Below are positions 9,459-18,915 of a stretch of 64,000 bases of DNA, one piece after another. Within the stretch, counting starts at the first letter, position 1, and every line of letters begins with the position of its first letter. The notes below the pieces were generated by a model. The model was not told the DNA's origin. It worked only from the letters and a program-made list of their open reading frames with translations, and searched no databases. The position numbers and the translations under genes are program-made. The DNA comes from an uncultured Gammaproteobacteria bacterium (GTDB taxonomy: Bacteria; Patescibacteriota; Patescibacteriia; JACPHY01): NCBI GenBank assembly GCA_964585225.1, contig CAZPCZ010000001.1, positions 6,018-70,017 on the forward strand. The letters run 5' to 3'.

Positions 9459-10589
9459 TTGCACGAACACTACGACATCGCGATCATTGGCGCTGGCATC
9501 GTCGGCTGCGCGACCGCGCGGCATCTCACGCACGTGTTCCCTGGCCGCTCGGTCGTCGTCATCGAACGGCGCGGTCGGCCGGGACTTGAGACGAGCGCTG
9601 CCTCGAGTGGGGTCATCCATTCCGGGCTTCACCTCCCGCCGGATTCCTGGAAGGCGCGGCTCGCGGTACGCGGCCGAACGCTCGTTCTCGACGCGTGCGC
9701 GGAGTACGGCGTCCCGATGCGTGCCTGCGGCATGCACGTCGTCGTCGCGCCGGGGGATGCGCCGCGCCTCTGGACCGAGGTCCGGAGCTTCCGCGAGCTC
9801 CTCCGCCGTGCGCGAACGCAGGGTGTCACGTGTTCCACCGTCCTATGGTGGAAGGTTCGTAAACACGAACCCGCGGTCCGCTGCCTCTTCGGGATCCATA
9901 TCCCGAACGTCACGGTCATTGATGTGCCGGTGCTCGTTCGCCGGCTCGCCGGAGATGCAGCGAACCACGGTGCAGCGTTTCGGTACCGCACGACAGTGAC
10001 CGGTGTCGCGGTGCGCGGCAACGCGTACGAGATCGCGACCGACAACAGCGTCGTCCATGCGCGCGCCGTCGTGAACGCCGCCGGGCTCGGCGCGACGCGT
10101 ATCGCTGCGCTCGCCGGGTTCCCGGGTCACCGCGTCGCACTCTATCGCGGCGAGTACTACGAGGTCACCGATCCCGCACTCCGCGATGCGGTGCACGGTC
10201 TCGTCTATCCCGTCTACCGCCCCGGGAGCCCGGGACTCGGCATCCACCTCACGAAGACCGTGGACGGACGACTCCTCATCGGCCCGAACGCGCGGCGGAT
10301 CGAGCGACCGGAGGATCTCGAGATCGACCGCACGCCGCCGGAGGCATTCTACGACGCGGTGCGAACATTCCTCCCGCCGCTCCGCCTCGACCACCTCCGC
10401 TACAGCCACGCCGGCATCCGCACGAAGCGGGACGACGGCACACCAGAGCCGGACTTCCACATCGAACTCGATCGTGCGGTTCCTGCCTTTGTGAACTGCA
10501 TCGGCATCGAGTCCCCAGGAATCACCGCCTCGCTCGCGATCGCCGAGCGCATCGCGGAGCTCCTCACGCCGGTGCTCCACAGCACCTAA
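9459..10589 (+). CDS. FAD-dependent oxidoreductase, L-2-hydroxyglutarate oxidase (LhgO)-like
   Basis: TTG start with GAGGTG RBS. YDIAIIGAGIVG dinucleotide-binding motif. Only plus-strand gene in the window. Confidence 0.8.
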   Translation: MHEHYDIAIIGAGIVGCATARHLTHVFPGRSVVVIERRGRPGLETSAASSGVIHSGLHLPPDSWKARLAVRGRTLVLDACAEYGVPMRACGMHVVVAPGDAPRLWTEVRSFRELLRRARTQGVTCSTVLWWKVRKHEPAVRCLFGIHIPNVTVIDVPVLVRRLAGDAANHGAAFRYRTTVTGVAVRGNAYEIATDNSVVHARAVVNAAGLGATRIAALAGFPGHRVALYRGEYYEVTDPALRDAVHGLVYPVYRPGSPGLGIHLTKTVDGRLLIGPNARRIERPEDLEIDRTPPEAFYDAVRTFLPPLRLDHLRYSHAGIRTKRDDGTPEPDFHIELDRAVPAFVNCIGIESPGITASLAIAERIAELLTPVLHST

Positions 10590-10616
10590 ACGCACCACGG
10601 CATGACCGTGGTGCGT
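10590..10616. terminator. Bidirectional intrinsic terminator between convergent genes
   Basis: ACGCACCACGG-catga-CCGTGGTGCGT (11-bp perfect stem). Followed by TTCTCCGTT on plus and TTTAGG on minus. Sits between the LhgO-like stop (10589) and the GT4 stop (10652). Confidence 0.65.
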
Positions 10617-10651
10617 TCTCCGTTCATATGGTATTCCGTGCGGCGGAATCA

Positions 10652-11905
10652 TCACGCAGGAACGACGAGCGTCGGCGCCCTAACGAGCAAGCGTTCGAGG
10701 TGATCAATACACAATCGTTTCCCGTAGTGTGCTGCCGCGTACGCACGGCCCGCAGCACCGAGCACTGGGAGCCGCGCGCGTTCTGCGTAGAGCTTCCGTA
10801 CGAGCTGTTCTGCGGTATCGAGATCATCGGACCGGCACGCATACCCGCATCGTGTATCCCGCATGATGCTGAACCCGTCATTCCCGTCGTTTAAGAGCGC
10901 GAGCACCGGAATGCCAGCCGCAAGGAATCCGGTGCACTTCCCCGGCACCATAGAAGTCGTGTACGTCGCCTTGAGACAGAGGAGGCCTACATCGAATTCC
11001 TTCACGAGCGCGGGATACTCGGAGGGATCCACAAAATCCTCAAACTGGACGTTCGCGATGCGCTCATCGCGCGCGCGTTGCTGCATGCGCGCTTTCTCCG
11101 TGCCATCACCCACCAAGAGGAACCGAACGTCGCGGAAATCGGCGACGCGCTTTGCGAGATCGAGCACCACGTCGAGTGACTGTGCCGGTCCGAGAATGCC
11201 AGGGAACCCGATGACGAACTTCCCATCGAGACCATGGCGACGTCGGAAACGACCTTCCGGACGTACCGCATCCCATGCATCGAGGTCAATCCAGTTCGAG
11301 ACAACGGTGACTTTCTCGGTGGCCACACCCTTCCGCTCGATGAGGAATCGCCGACTCCCCTCCGTGTGCGTCGTGATCGCATCGGCGCTCGCGTACGCGT
11401 GACGTTCCATGCGCTCGAAGTATGCGATGATCGCACGGTTCCGCATGATGCCGAGATCAATCGCGTTCTGCGGGAAGATGTCCTGGACGTTCAGGAGGTG
11501 GCGGCAGCCATGCTCGCGTGCGATCGCTTGCCCAACTAGTGCGAGCGGCAGCGGAGAGACGTACGAAACGACTGCAGCGACGCGCTCACGGACGTGCTCG
11601 CGGTACGCACGGAGGTACCGTCGTGGGAGGTCGAGGTGCGCGATGCCGCGGAGGAGATACGCAATCCCATGCGCCGGAAGCGTACGAATGCGGATGACGC
11701 GCACGCCGTTCTCCACCATCACCGGCTCGAAGTGCCGCGCACGCGCATCTGCGGAGAGATGATACCGCGGCCACGGCGCGAGCACTGTGACTCGGTGCCC
11801 GCGCGCAACGAGCTCCTCCGCGAGCTCGCGGAGCATGATCGATATCGAACGGACCTCGGGAGGGTAGCAGATGGCGACGAGCACTATGTGCATACCTACG
11901 GCCAT
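10652..11905 (-). CDS. Glycosyltransferase family 4 (GT-B)
   Basis: 417 aa with GT4 N- and C-domain pattern (...FVGRL-like VGDG...E.FG...EAMA-like region). Alternative ATG at 11893. Confidence 0.8.
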   Translation of the reverse strand: MAVGMHIVLVAICYPPEVRSISIMLRELAEELVARGHRVTVLAPWPRYHLSADARARHFEPVMVENGVRVIRIRTLPAHGIAYLLRGIAHLDLPRRYLRAYREHVRERVAAVVSYVSPLPLALVGQAIAREHGCRHLLNVQDIFPQNAIDLGIMRNRAIIAYFERMERHAYASADAITTHTEGSRRFLIERKGVATEKVTVVSNWIDLDAWDAVRPEGRFRRRHGLDGKFVIGFPGILGPAQSLDVVLDLAKRVADFRDVRFLLVGDGTEKARMQQRARDERIANVQFEDFVDPSEYPALVKEFDVGLLCLKATYTTSMVPGKCTGFLAAGIPVLALLNDGNDGFSIMRDTRCGYACRSDDLDTAEQLVRKLYAERARLPVLGAAGRAYAAAHYGKRLCIDHLERLLVRAPTLVVPA

Positions 11906-11917
11906 TGTTCCATTGCT

Positions 11918-13048
11918 TCATTGCTTCATTGCTACCGACTCGCGGACTCGCTCGAATACCTCGAGGAGGCCGCGGGCGGTGCGATCCCAGGTGAATTCCT
12001 GAACGCGCTTGGTGCCGGTGGCGACGAGACGTTCTCGGAGTGGGGCATCGTTGAGAAGTTGTAGGATTGCGCGCGCGATGTCTTCCGGATCTCGTGGTGC
12101 GAAGTATACTGCGGCGTCGCCACAGAGCTCGGGCATCGGCGGGGTGTTCGATGCCACAATGGGAACCCCGCACGCCATCGCTTCGAGGAGTGTGTGCGGG
12201 CAGGATTCGAGCATGGAGGGGAACACGAACGCGGTCGCACTCCGCATGAGCGCGTGAAGCTCGTCCTGCCGGACGAGGCCGAGGAAACGGATGCGATCAC
12301 TCACGCCCAAGGCGGCGATGCGCGCACGGACGCGATCGACATACCGCTGATCGTGCACGCCGCCCGCAAACCACAGTGGTGGCGTGTCCGGCTGTTTCGC
12401 GACGAGCCGTGCGAACCCCTCCACAAGCGCGAGCTGATTCGCGTACGCGACGAACTTGCTCGCCGTCAGAAAGTACGGATGCGCTGACACCTGACACCTG
12501 ACACCTGACACCTGACCAATCGGATTACCATTGTAGACCACTGAACTCTTTCCAGCAGCGTCCGGAAATCGCTCGACAACCTCATCGCGGACCGCGTGGG
12601 ACACCGCGACGACCGCGTCGGCGCGCGTGATGGATCGTTTCGTGAGCTCCCACTTCATCCGAGATTGTACGTCGAGCATCCACGCGTTCCCAAACTCACG
12701 ATAGCGGAACGGCTCCATGTTCCGGATCGCGATCACCTGCGGACACGGCGCCCGGAATACCGCGATGTTCTTCGCGGTGTAGAGGAGATCCATGCGATGC
12801 CGACGGAGCTCCGTGGGAAGTACGAGCTGCTCGTAGCGGAACCGTTCGAGCGCGCTCGTCTGCGGTCGCACCACTTCATGGAATACGATGTTCGGTCGTT
12901 GAAGGCCGGCTATGAGCGGATGTTGTTCCGGAACGAAGCAGTGGTACTCGTTCGGTGTGTCGACATCCGCAAGTGCCGGAAGAAGATTCCGGAAGTACGT
13001 CGCACCACCATACCCGAGACCAGAGAGGAGCGTCAGGGCAATTCTCAT
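11918..13048 (-). CDS. Glycosyltransferase family 4 containing a heptanucleotide tandem repeat
   Basis: Start MRIALTLLSGLGYGG has an ATGA overlap with the AsnB stop. C-terminal GT4 motifs (FVFPS..ES.P..LLEAMACGVPIV). Carries the CTGACAC x4.7 repeat, which encodes QVSGVRCQVS. Confidence 0.8.
   Translation of the reverse strand: MRIALTLLSGLGYGGATYFRNLLPALADVDTPNEYHCFVPEQHPLIAGLQRPNIVFHEVVRPQTSALERFRYEQLVLPTELRRHRMDLLYTAKNIAVFRAPCPQVIAIRNMEPFRYREFGNAWMLDVQSRMKWELTKRSITRADAVVAVSHAVRDEVVERFPDAAGKSSVVYNGNPIGQVSGVRCQVSAHPYFLTASKFVAYANQLALVEGFARLVAKQPDTPPLWFAGGVHDQRYVDRVRARIAALGVSDRIRFLGLVRQDELHALMRSATAFVFPSMLESCPHTLLEAMACGVPIVASNTPPMPELCGDAAVYFAPRDPEDIARAILQLLNDAPLRERLVATGTKRVQEFTWDRTARGLLEVFERVRESVAMKQ
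12484..12516. repeat. Heptanucleotide simple sequence repeat (CTGACAC)x4 plus partial, inside a GT4 coding sequence
   Basis: ctgacacctgacacctgacacctgacacctgac. The unit is not a multiple of 3, so gain or loss of a unit shifts the frame. Confidence 0.9.
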
Positions 13049-14931
13049 ACGAATCCCTGATGCCGCGCCCACGACATGAGGGTATGGAGCGCCCACGGCC
13101 GTGCCCAGGTGACGCCGCCACGGTGATGCCAGAACATATCCCAGAGCTGACGGCATGCACGCACGTTGATCCCGAGTGCATTCTCCGCGGGGAACGATCG
13201 CAGGAGCTCGTCAACTTGTGGACGGAGCTGCCCTCGTAGCCATACCTCCCACGGGAATGTGAAACCCATCTTCGGCCGATTGTATACCGCTCGCGGGAGC
13301 TCCGCCTGCACCGCGCGGAGGAGGAGTGGCTTTGGAGACGCCGCATCCGAGAATGCCGAGGCCGGTGCACGAAATACTGCTTCCACGAGCGCGCGGTCGA
13401 GGTACGGAACCCGCACTTCGAGCCCGTGCGCCATGGACATGACATCCGAATCGCGCAGGAGCGTATTCGCGAGGTACCCACGGAGTTCGAGGAGCGACAC
13501 GGTTCGAGCAGCATCGAGCCCTTTGAGTTCCTCTGCGACGCCAGTCTTTGTCGACCACGCTCCACCCGATCCGGACGTCGATCCCGAGAGCAGGTGCTCG
13601 CGAACATCGGGATGGAAGAGCTGCCTCGTGATCGCGTAGCACACCATCGCGTCTCCTGACGACGTGAGGTACGCAGCGAGCTTCGCGGTGATCGGCGCAG
13701 CCGACGCCCACGTACGCGCTCCCCATGCGATCCCGTGACGAACCGAACGCGGGAGCGCGGCAACCATACGATGCGCCGCCACCATCCGAGGGATCCGACG
13801 AAATGTCGGATACCCACCGAAGACTTCATCCCCCCCTTGTCCGGAGAGGATCACCTTCACGCCCGCTGCACGGACCGCCCGCGAAATGATGAACACATTC
13901 GCTCCGTCGATCGACGGCTGATCCTGTGCCGCGAGCGCCGCGGGGAGTTCGGCCGCGAGATCCGCATCGCGGATGACGAGTTCGTGGTGACGATGACAGT
14001 ATCGTTCACCTACCTGCCGCGCGTACGCGCCCTCTGCGTACGGCGCCTCGGGGAACGTCACCGTGAACGACTCGAGCGACTCCCCCGCCCCCACGTGATG
14101 CGCGAGTACCGCGAGTGCACTTGAATCCACGCCGCCACTCAGGAAGAGGCCGACGGGCACATCGCTCACGAGGTGTCGCGCAACCGCACTCGCAAGTACG
14201 CTCGCAATCTCCGCAGGCGATGACGGGACGCTGCGCTGTGACGGGCTCCAGTATCGCTCCACCGAAACCTCCCCCGTTCGTGCTTCGAATACGAGCGTGT
14301 GCGCAGGGAGGAGCTGCGATACGCCCGCGAGGATCGTCCGTGGTGCCTGTACGGATCCGAATGCGAGGTACGACATCACCGCAGCGTGATCAATCCGCTT
14401 CGGCGCAAGGCCGGATGCCAAGAACGAACGCACCTCGGACGCAAATGCGAATCGCCCCGCGGTATCGTGTAGCCAGTAGAGTGGCTTCACGCCGACACGG
14501 TCCACTGCGAGCAGGAGTCGCTGCGCCGCCGCATCCCACAACGCGAACGCGAACATCCCATCGAGGTGGTTCACGCACGCCCGACCGTACCGCGCGTACG
14601 CTTTCAGAATGACCTCGGTGTCGCTCCCCGTTCGGAATGCCGCGCCTGCGGCCGCGAGCGACTTCCGAAGCTCGCGGTAGTTGTAGATTTCACCATTGAA
14701 CGTGATCCAATTCCCCGTTTCAGGATCACGCATGGGTTGGTGCCCCGACGGAGAGAGATCAATGATCGCAAGACGCCGATGCACGAAGCCGACTACGCGT
14801 TCGCCCATCTGCGCAAGCACCTCGATTCCCTCATCATCCGGCCCCCGGTGCGCGAGCGACGACGCGAGCGATTGCAATCGCTCGCGGGTGACGTCCTCTC
14901 GCGTTCCGATGATTCCGGCGATGCCGCACAT
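13045..14931 (-). CDS. Asparagine synthetase (glutamine-hydrolysing) family amidotransferase
   Basis: MCGIAG N-terminal Cys nucleophile, SGGVDSS PP-loop, 628 aa. Confidence 0.9.
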   Translation of the reverse strand: MCGIAGIIGTREDVTRERLQSLASSLAHRGPDDEGIEVLAQMGERVVGFVHRRLAIIDLSPSGHQPMRDPETGNWITFNGEIYNYRELRKSLAAAGAAFRTGSDTEVILKAYARYGRACVNHLDGMFAFALWDAAAQRLLLAVDRVGVKPLYWLHDTAGRFAFASEVRSFLASGLAPKRIDHAAVMSYLAFGSVQAPRTILAGVSQLLPAHTLVFEARTGEVSVERYWSPSQRSVPSSPAEIASVLASAVARHLVSDVPVGLFLSGGVDSSALAVLAHHVGAGESLESFTVTFPEAPYAEGAYARQVGERYCHRHHELVIRDADLAAELPAALAAQDQPSIDGANVFIISRAVRAAGVKVILSGQGGDEVFGGYPTFRRIPRMVAAHRMVAALPRSVRHGIAWGARTWASAAPITAKLAAYLTSSGDAMVCYAITRQLFHPDVREHLLSGSTSGSGGAWSTKTGVAEELKGLDAARTVSLLELRGYLANTLLRDSDVMSMAHGLEVRVPYLDRALVEAVFRAPASAFSDAASPKPLLLRAVQAELPRAVYNRPKMGFTFPWEVWLRGQLRPQVDELLRSFPAENALGINVRACRQLWDMFWHHRGGVTWARPWALHTLMSWARHQGFV

Positions 14932-14979
14932 AGGCGCTACGCGCGTTGAAGAACGGAGAGCAGAAGAACGGAGAAATTT

Positions 14980-15915
14980 TTAGATTGGTCGTCTTCCTCT
15001 CCCAGTAATGCCGTTCGGACCGCGCTCGACGACCACGCCCGTGAATCCGGCATCCGCGAACCACCCGCGCACGGTCGCGAGCGTCTGCGGGTGGTCGTGT
15101 GCGGGACTCAGCATGTCGAACGTATCGAGTACGGACCACTCCGCATTGAGCTCCGGTGACAGCCCGAGGTGGCTGTACTCCGCAATCGGCAGGAGCCGCG
15201 CGCCCCACCGACCCATCATGCGGCGCGCGTACCGAGCCGCAGGCATGAGGCCCGGCACCACCGCTGCAACCGTACGATAGAGTCGCTCCGGTGGCAACCG
15301 CTTCGTGATCGGCCGGAGGAGGTACTTCCATTGGAGCAGCGCCGCAGGGTCTTTCCGATACACGTCCATCGCGAGTGCGCCGCCAGGCCGTACCTGCGCC
15401 GCGAGCGATCGGAATGCCGCCGCAGGGTCTGGTGTGTGTTGGAGCACGCCGAGGCAGAGCACACGATCGAATTGTCCGGGTACGAACGGAATTGCATCAA
15501 TGCTCGCCTGAAAAATGTGGATGTTTGGGAGGTGGCCATTGTTTGCGAAGTTCGCTTCCACCGCATTGCTCAAATCGAACGACCACACGTCAGCTCCCGT
15601 AGACGCGAGTACCTCTGTGAACCGTCCTGCGCCGCAGCCGGCCTCGAGGATCCGTTCGCCCTCCATACGCTCCGGCCAGCCCGTCACTGCGAAGAACCGC
15701 TCGCGGGAAACTGAGAGTCCCGAGTGCGAATCGAGCTGTGTACGCACGTACCGATTCCACTGCACACCGAACGATGCGGCGTAGTGCTCGTGACCAACGA
15801 ACCGCGGAACACCGCGCAAGCTGAAGAAATCACTTGCGCAATGGGTGCACGTGAGCGCTCCAGCTTGTGTGATGAGCACCACGCGACACCGAGGACACGA
15901 GTAGGAAAGCATCAT
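14980..15915 (-). CDS. Class I SAM-dependent methyltransferase with N-terminal zinc-ribbon
   Basis: CPRC...CTHC zinc-ribbon. LEAGCGAGRF SAM motif I. ATGA overlap with the upstream Wzy-like gene. Confidence 0.8.
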   Translation of the reverse strand: MMLSYSCPRCRVVLITQAGALTCTHCASDFFSLRGVPRFVGHEHYAASFGVQWNRYVRTQLDSHSGLSVSRERFFAVTGWPERMEGERILEAGCGAGRFTEVLASTGADVWSFDLSNAVEANFANNGHLPNIHIFQASIDAIPFVPGQFDRVLCLGVLQHTPDPAAAFRSLAAQVRPGGALAMDVYRKDPAALLQWKYLLRPITKRLPPERLYRTVAAVVPGLMPAARYARRMMGRWGARLLPIAEYSHLGLSPELNAEWSVLDTFDMLSPAHDHPQTLATVRGWFADAGFTGVVVERGPNGITGRGRRPI

Positions 15916-17255
15916 GCGCGATCAAGCGCTCCGGTGCCTTGCACATTCGACGCACGAGCACCCCGACGTCGAATGAACCATCCGGAAACCAGTACGATGA
16001 CCAGCGGCACCAAGATGGAGAACTCCAGTATGGCCTTAATGAGCGTCTGCTGCACATCTCTGAAAAACAGAAGTGCGAGCCAGCCGGAAGTTAGTGAGTA
16101 CATTGCTCCGTACGGAACGAGCGGCTCCTGTTTCATGCGTCGGAGCAACCAGGACACACAGAAGAGGAACACCATAGAACCGATCATCCCGAAATCCACC
16201 ATGAGAGAAACAAACGCATGCATGCCGCCGTTCGGCGAATTGATATGATAGCCGAGGAGTGGCGGAGCGATGACATAGTCAAGCTTGTTCGAAAACACGA
16301 ACGACGGGATGAGGCCGATCGTCCCGGTCAGGAGCGTCAACGGAAATCGAATGTATGGGATCGCGTACGCATGGAGGAATTCGAGGAGGGAGTGGCTCAC
16401 GTTAAAGTTTTCAGAGAAGAGATGGAACACGAGATACTTCATGGTGTACTGCGTGGGATTGAGGATTTGAGCGAAGAGATTGACCCGATAGAGCTCGATG
16501 GCATGCGAGGCCACGATGAGCATGAACAAGGCGAGCGCGATGTGCCACGCCCGAAGACGACGCACGTACACTGAAAAGAATGTGAGCAACGCGAGTGCCG
16601 ACGAAAAAATGATCACCCTCCCACCGGAGGCAATGAGGACCATCACGATGATGAGGTATGCAATGGAGAACCGGTGGGCGATCGCACGCCAGAACGATCC
16701 CAATCTTTTCCGTCGCTGCCATGCGTCGGCAGTTGCGAGCATGGCAAGCGTGAAGATGAACATTGCTGCAGCGGTGAATGAACCGAGCACGCGTATCCGC
16801 GTCAATGGTCCATACTCAAAGATCGTCGGGAGCATCGAGTACCCGAACGCCACGGCAGCCACCACACCAACCACAAGGAACGCGTTCAGTACACGTCCAT
16901 CACACCATTGTCGCTTCCATTGCCGTGGATTCCGCCGTGAACCAACGAACGCGTCTCCCGCCACGAATGCACCGTACAGAAGCAAGCAGGACATGAAATA
17001 CGCCACCCATGTACGATCGGAAATCGAGGCGTAGAGCGTCTTCCACGCCACATAGGGGCTGCCGTACCCGGAGAAGTACTCATTCGTCCCAAGAGAAATC
17101 GGTATGAGGAAATAGAAGACGAATCCGCACGAGAACAAGAGGACGTGATCAATTTCAAGTCCGCGCCGCTTCCACCACCGGTACGCAATGACGAATACGA
17201 CGCATGCGTAACACAGACCCTCCAGTACGTCTCTCGCAAATACCATATTCACCAT
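15912..17255 (-). CDS. Polytopic membrane protein, O-antigen/oligosaccharide repeat-unit polymerase (Wzy/EpsG-like)
   Basis: 447 aa, at least 10 TM segments, rich in F/Y/W. Markedly lower GC (about 50%) than the flanks. Confidence 0.6.
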   Translation of the reverse strand: MVNMVFARDVLEGLCYACVVFVIAYRWWKRRGLEIDHVLLFSCGFVFYFLIPISLGTNEYFSGYGSPYVAWKTLYASISDRTWVAYFMSCLLLYGAFVAGDAFVGSRRNPRQWKRQWCDGRVLNAFLVVGVVAAVAFGYSMLPTIFEYGPLTRIRVLGSFTAAAMFIFTLAMLATADAWQRRKRLGSFWRAIAHRFSIAYLIIVMVLIASGGRVIIFSSALALLTFFSVYVRRLRAWHIALALFMLIVASHAIELYRVNLFAQILNPTQYTMKYLVFHLFSENFNVSHSLLEFLHAYAIPYIRFPLTLLTGTIGLIPSFVFSNKLDYVIAPPLLGYHINSPNGGMHAFVSLMVDFGMIGSMVFLFCVSWLLRRMKQEPLVPYGAMYSLTSGWLALLFFRDVQQTLIKAILEFSILVPLVIVLVSGWFIRRRGARASNVQGTGALDRA

Positions 17256-17261
17256 ACGCGC

Positions 17262-18899
17262 TCACTCACTGGAACCAAGATCTCGAGTGTATAGTTCATA
17301 ACCGTTCGACGCGCGTAGGAGCTCAAGGTCCTGCTGCTCCTCACGTACAATCTCCTGATCTGCCTCTACCGTGTACGCAGGGCTCTCCGGGCGCAGACCA
17401 TTGTTCATGCGGTCGAGGAGGACGTAGTTCGCGCGGTAGCGATGGTTCCTACTCTCGAGTTGTGGGAACGGCAGGACACCGCGCACGCGGAACAGACGCG
17501 GCATGAGGAACTGCTGGGTGGATACGATCGCATCGCGCGGGATTATGGCGATGAGATCATCGGCTGCGCGAACACGACCCGTCACGCGATACGCGGACCA
17601 GTGGAACGACTGCGTCCGGAACGGCGCCGGACGGAACCGATCGCTCCAGAACTGAAGCGCGAGCGGCGAGGGACCGAAGAATAACCCCGCGACGAGTACG
17701 CCGGCGCACGCGGCGACCGATGCGGCCCTCGCATTCCTCGCGTGGTCCGCGCGCGCGTGTGCCGCGAGCCATGCCGTCACACACGGCCACGAGCAGACGA
17801 ATGCCCAGAAGAGGAATGGAATCGCAGGCGCGACGTAGTAGAGGAGGTACGAGGTGTGCGTGTACGATGTCGAACTGCTCACGAGGCCAATGGCGAACGT
17901 CGCGAGCGCGGGGGTGAGCGCCGCGGGCGCAAGGAGCGGGAGGAAGAGGATCGGGAGGAAGAGCATCGCGAGGTTCGCGAATTTCACGGTGTCGGCTGCG
18001 AACGCGAGGGCACGAAGGGGATGCTGGAGGATACCGAAAATAACCTCGATGGGAGTTGCACCAAATGTACTGAAGAACCCCTGCGCGATGTGCGCTTCCG
18101 CGCCAGGACCTCGGAGTGCGGGCATCACCACCTGGGTAATCACAGCGAACGTGGCGAATCCGAGCAGCGTAGTCACTGCGCCGTGTGCACGTCGCCGCTG
18201 GAGGAGGAATAGGTACACCCCGAACATCCCGACGGTGAGCCCGACCTCTTCGCGCACGATCGTCGCGAGGATGACGAGCACGTAGTACCACCCGATCCAC
18301 TGGCGCTCCCACGCGTAGAGCATCCACAGGAGAACAGGGATCGAGAAACGAAGCATCTCGAATTCGTAGATCGTCGTGTACTGAAACGTCGGATACCAGA
18401 GGAGGAGTGCGGCCATGACCAGTGCGAAGTGGTGAGCTACCCCGCTCACGTTTTGCCTTGCACAATGTAGGCGGGCGAGGAGGAACAGCGGGATCACTGC
18501 AGACGACATCACGAGGACGTTAAGGACGAGGAGTGTCTGCGGGTACGGGAGGAGCTTGAACGGCAGCGCGAAGAGGTAGATGAGCGGAACGAAGTGGACG
18601 GAGAGGTAGTTCAATGTCCCTGGCGTGAGGAGTTCGTGTGAGAACGCGTACGGCTTGCCCGTCGTCGCGATCGAATGGAGGAGCTGGAGCCAATGCGAGA
18701 CGTCCGCGTACATGTGGAGTGACGCGTACTTCAGGAGCTGCGCGGTGAGCAGAAATATCGGCACGAACGCGATCATCACGATGAGCAGCCGTCGCGGGAC
18801 GTTCCACCCACAGCGCAGCGCGATCGTATATGCGAACATCGCAGCGACGAACGTCGCTGCGATGCCGACGGCGTAGTAGATCACGAAATCTGCATTCAT
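17262..18899 (-). CDS. Large polytopic membrane protein, DUF2079/GT-C-like (putative membrane glycosyltransferase or polymerase)
   Basis: 545 aa. About 12 N-terminal TM helices plus a C-terminal soluble domain. Family call is tentative. Confidence 0.5.
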   Translation of the reverse strand: MNADFVIYYAVGIAATFVAAMFAYTIALRCGWNVPRRLLIVMIAFVPIFLLTAQLLKYASLHMYADVSHWLQLLHSIATTGKPYAFSHELLTPGTLNYLSVHFVPLIYLFALPFKLLPYPQTLLVLNVLVMSSAVIPLFLLARLHCARQNVSGVAHHFALVMAALLLWYPTFQYTTIYEFEMLRFSIPVLLWMLYAWERQWIGWYYVLVILATIVREEVGLTVGMFGVYLFLLQRRRAHGAVTTLLGFATFAVITQVVMPALRGPGAEAHIAQGFFSTFGATPIEVIFGILQHPLRALAFAADTVKFANLAMLFLPILFLPLLAPAALTPALATFAIGLVSSSTSYTHTSYLLYYVAPAIPFLFWAFVCSWPCVTAWLAAHARADHARNARAASVAACAGVLVAGLFFGPSPLALQFWSDRFRPAPFRTQSFHWSAYRVTGRVRAADDLIAIIPRDAIVSTQQFLMPRLFRVRGVLPFPQLESRNHRYRANYVLLDRMNNGLRPESPAYTVEADQEIVREEQQDLELLRASNGYELYTRDLGSSE

Positions 18900-18915
18900 G
18901 ATGCACGTGCACCAT

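Noticed and set aside
12484-12516. The 7-nt tandem repeat as a possible CRISPR array
   Set aside because: Units are 7 nt with no spacers, and the repeat lies inside a coding sequence. It is a simple sequence repeat, not CRISPR. No cas genes are present in the window.
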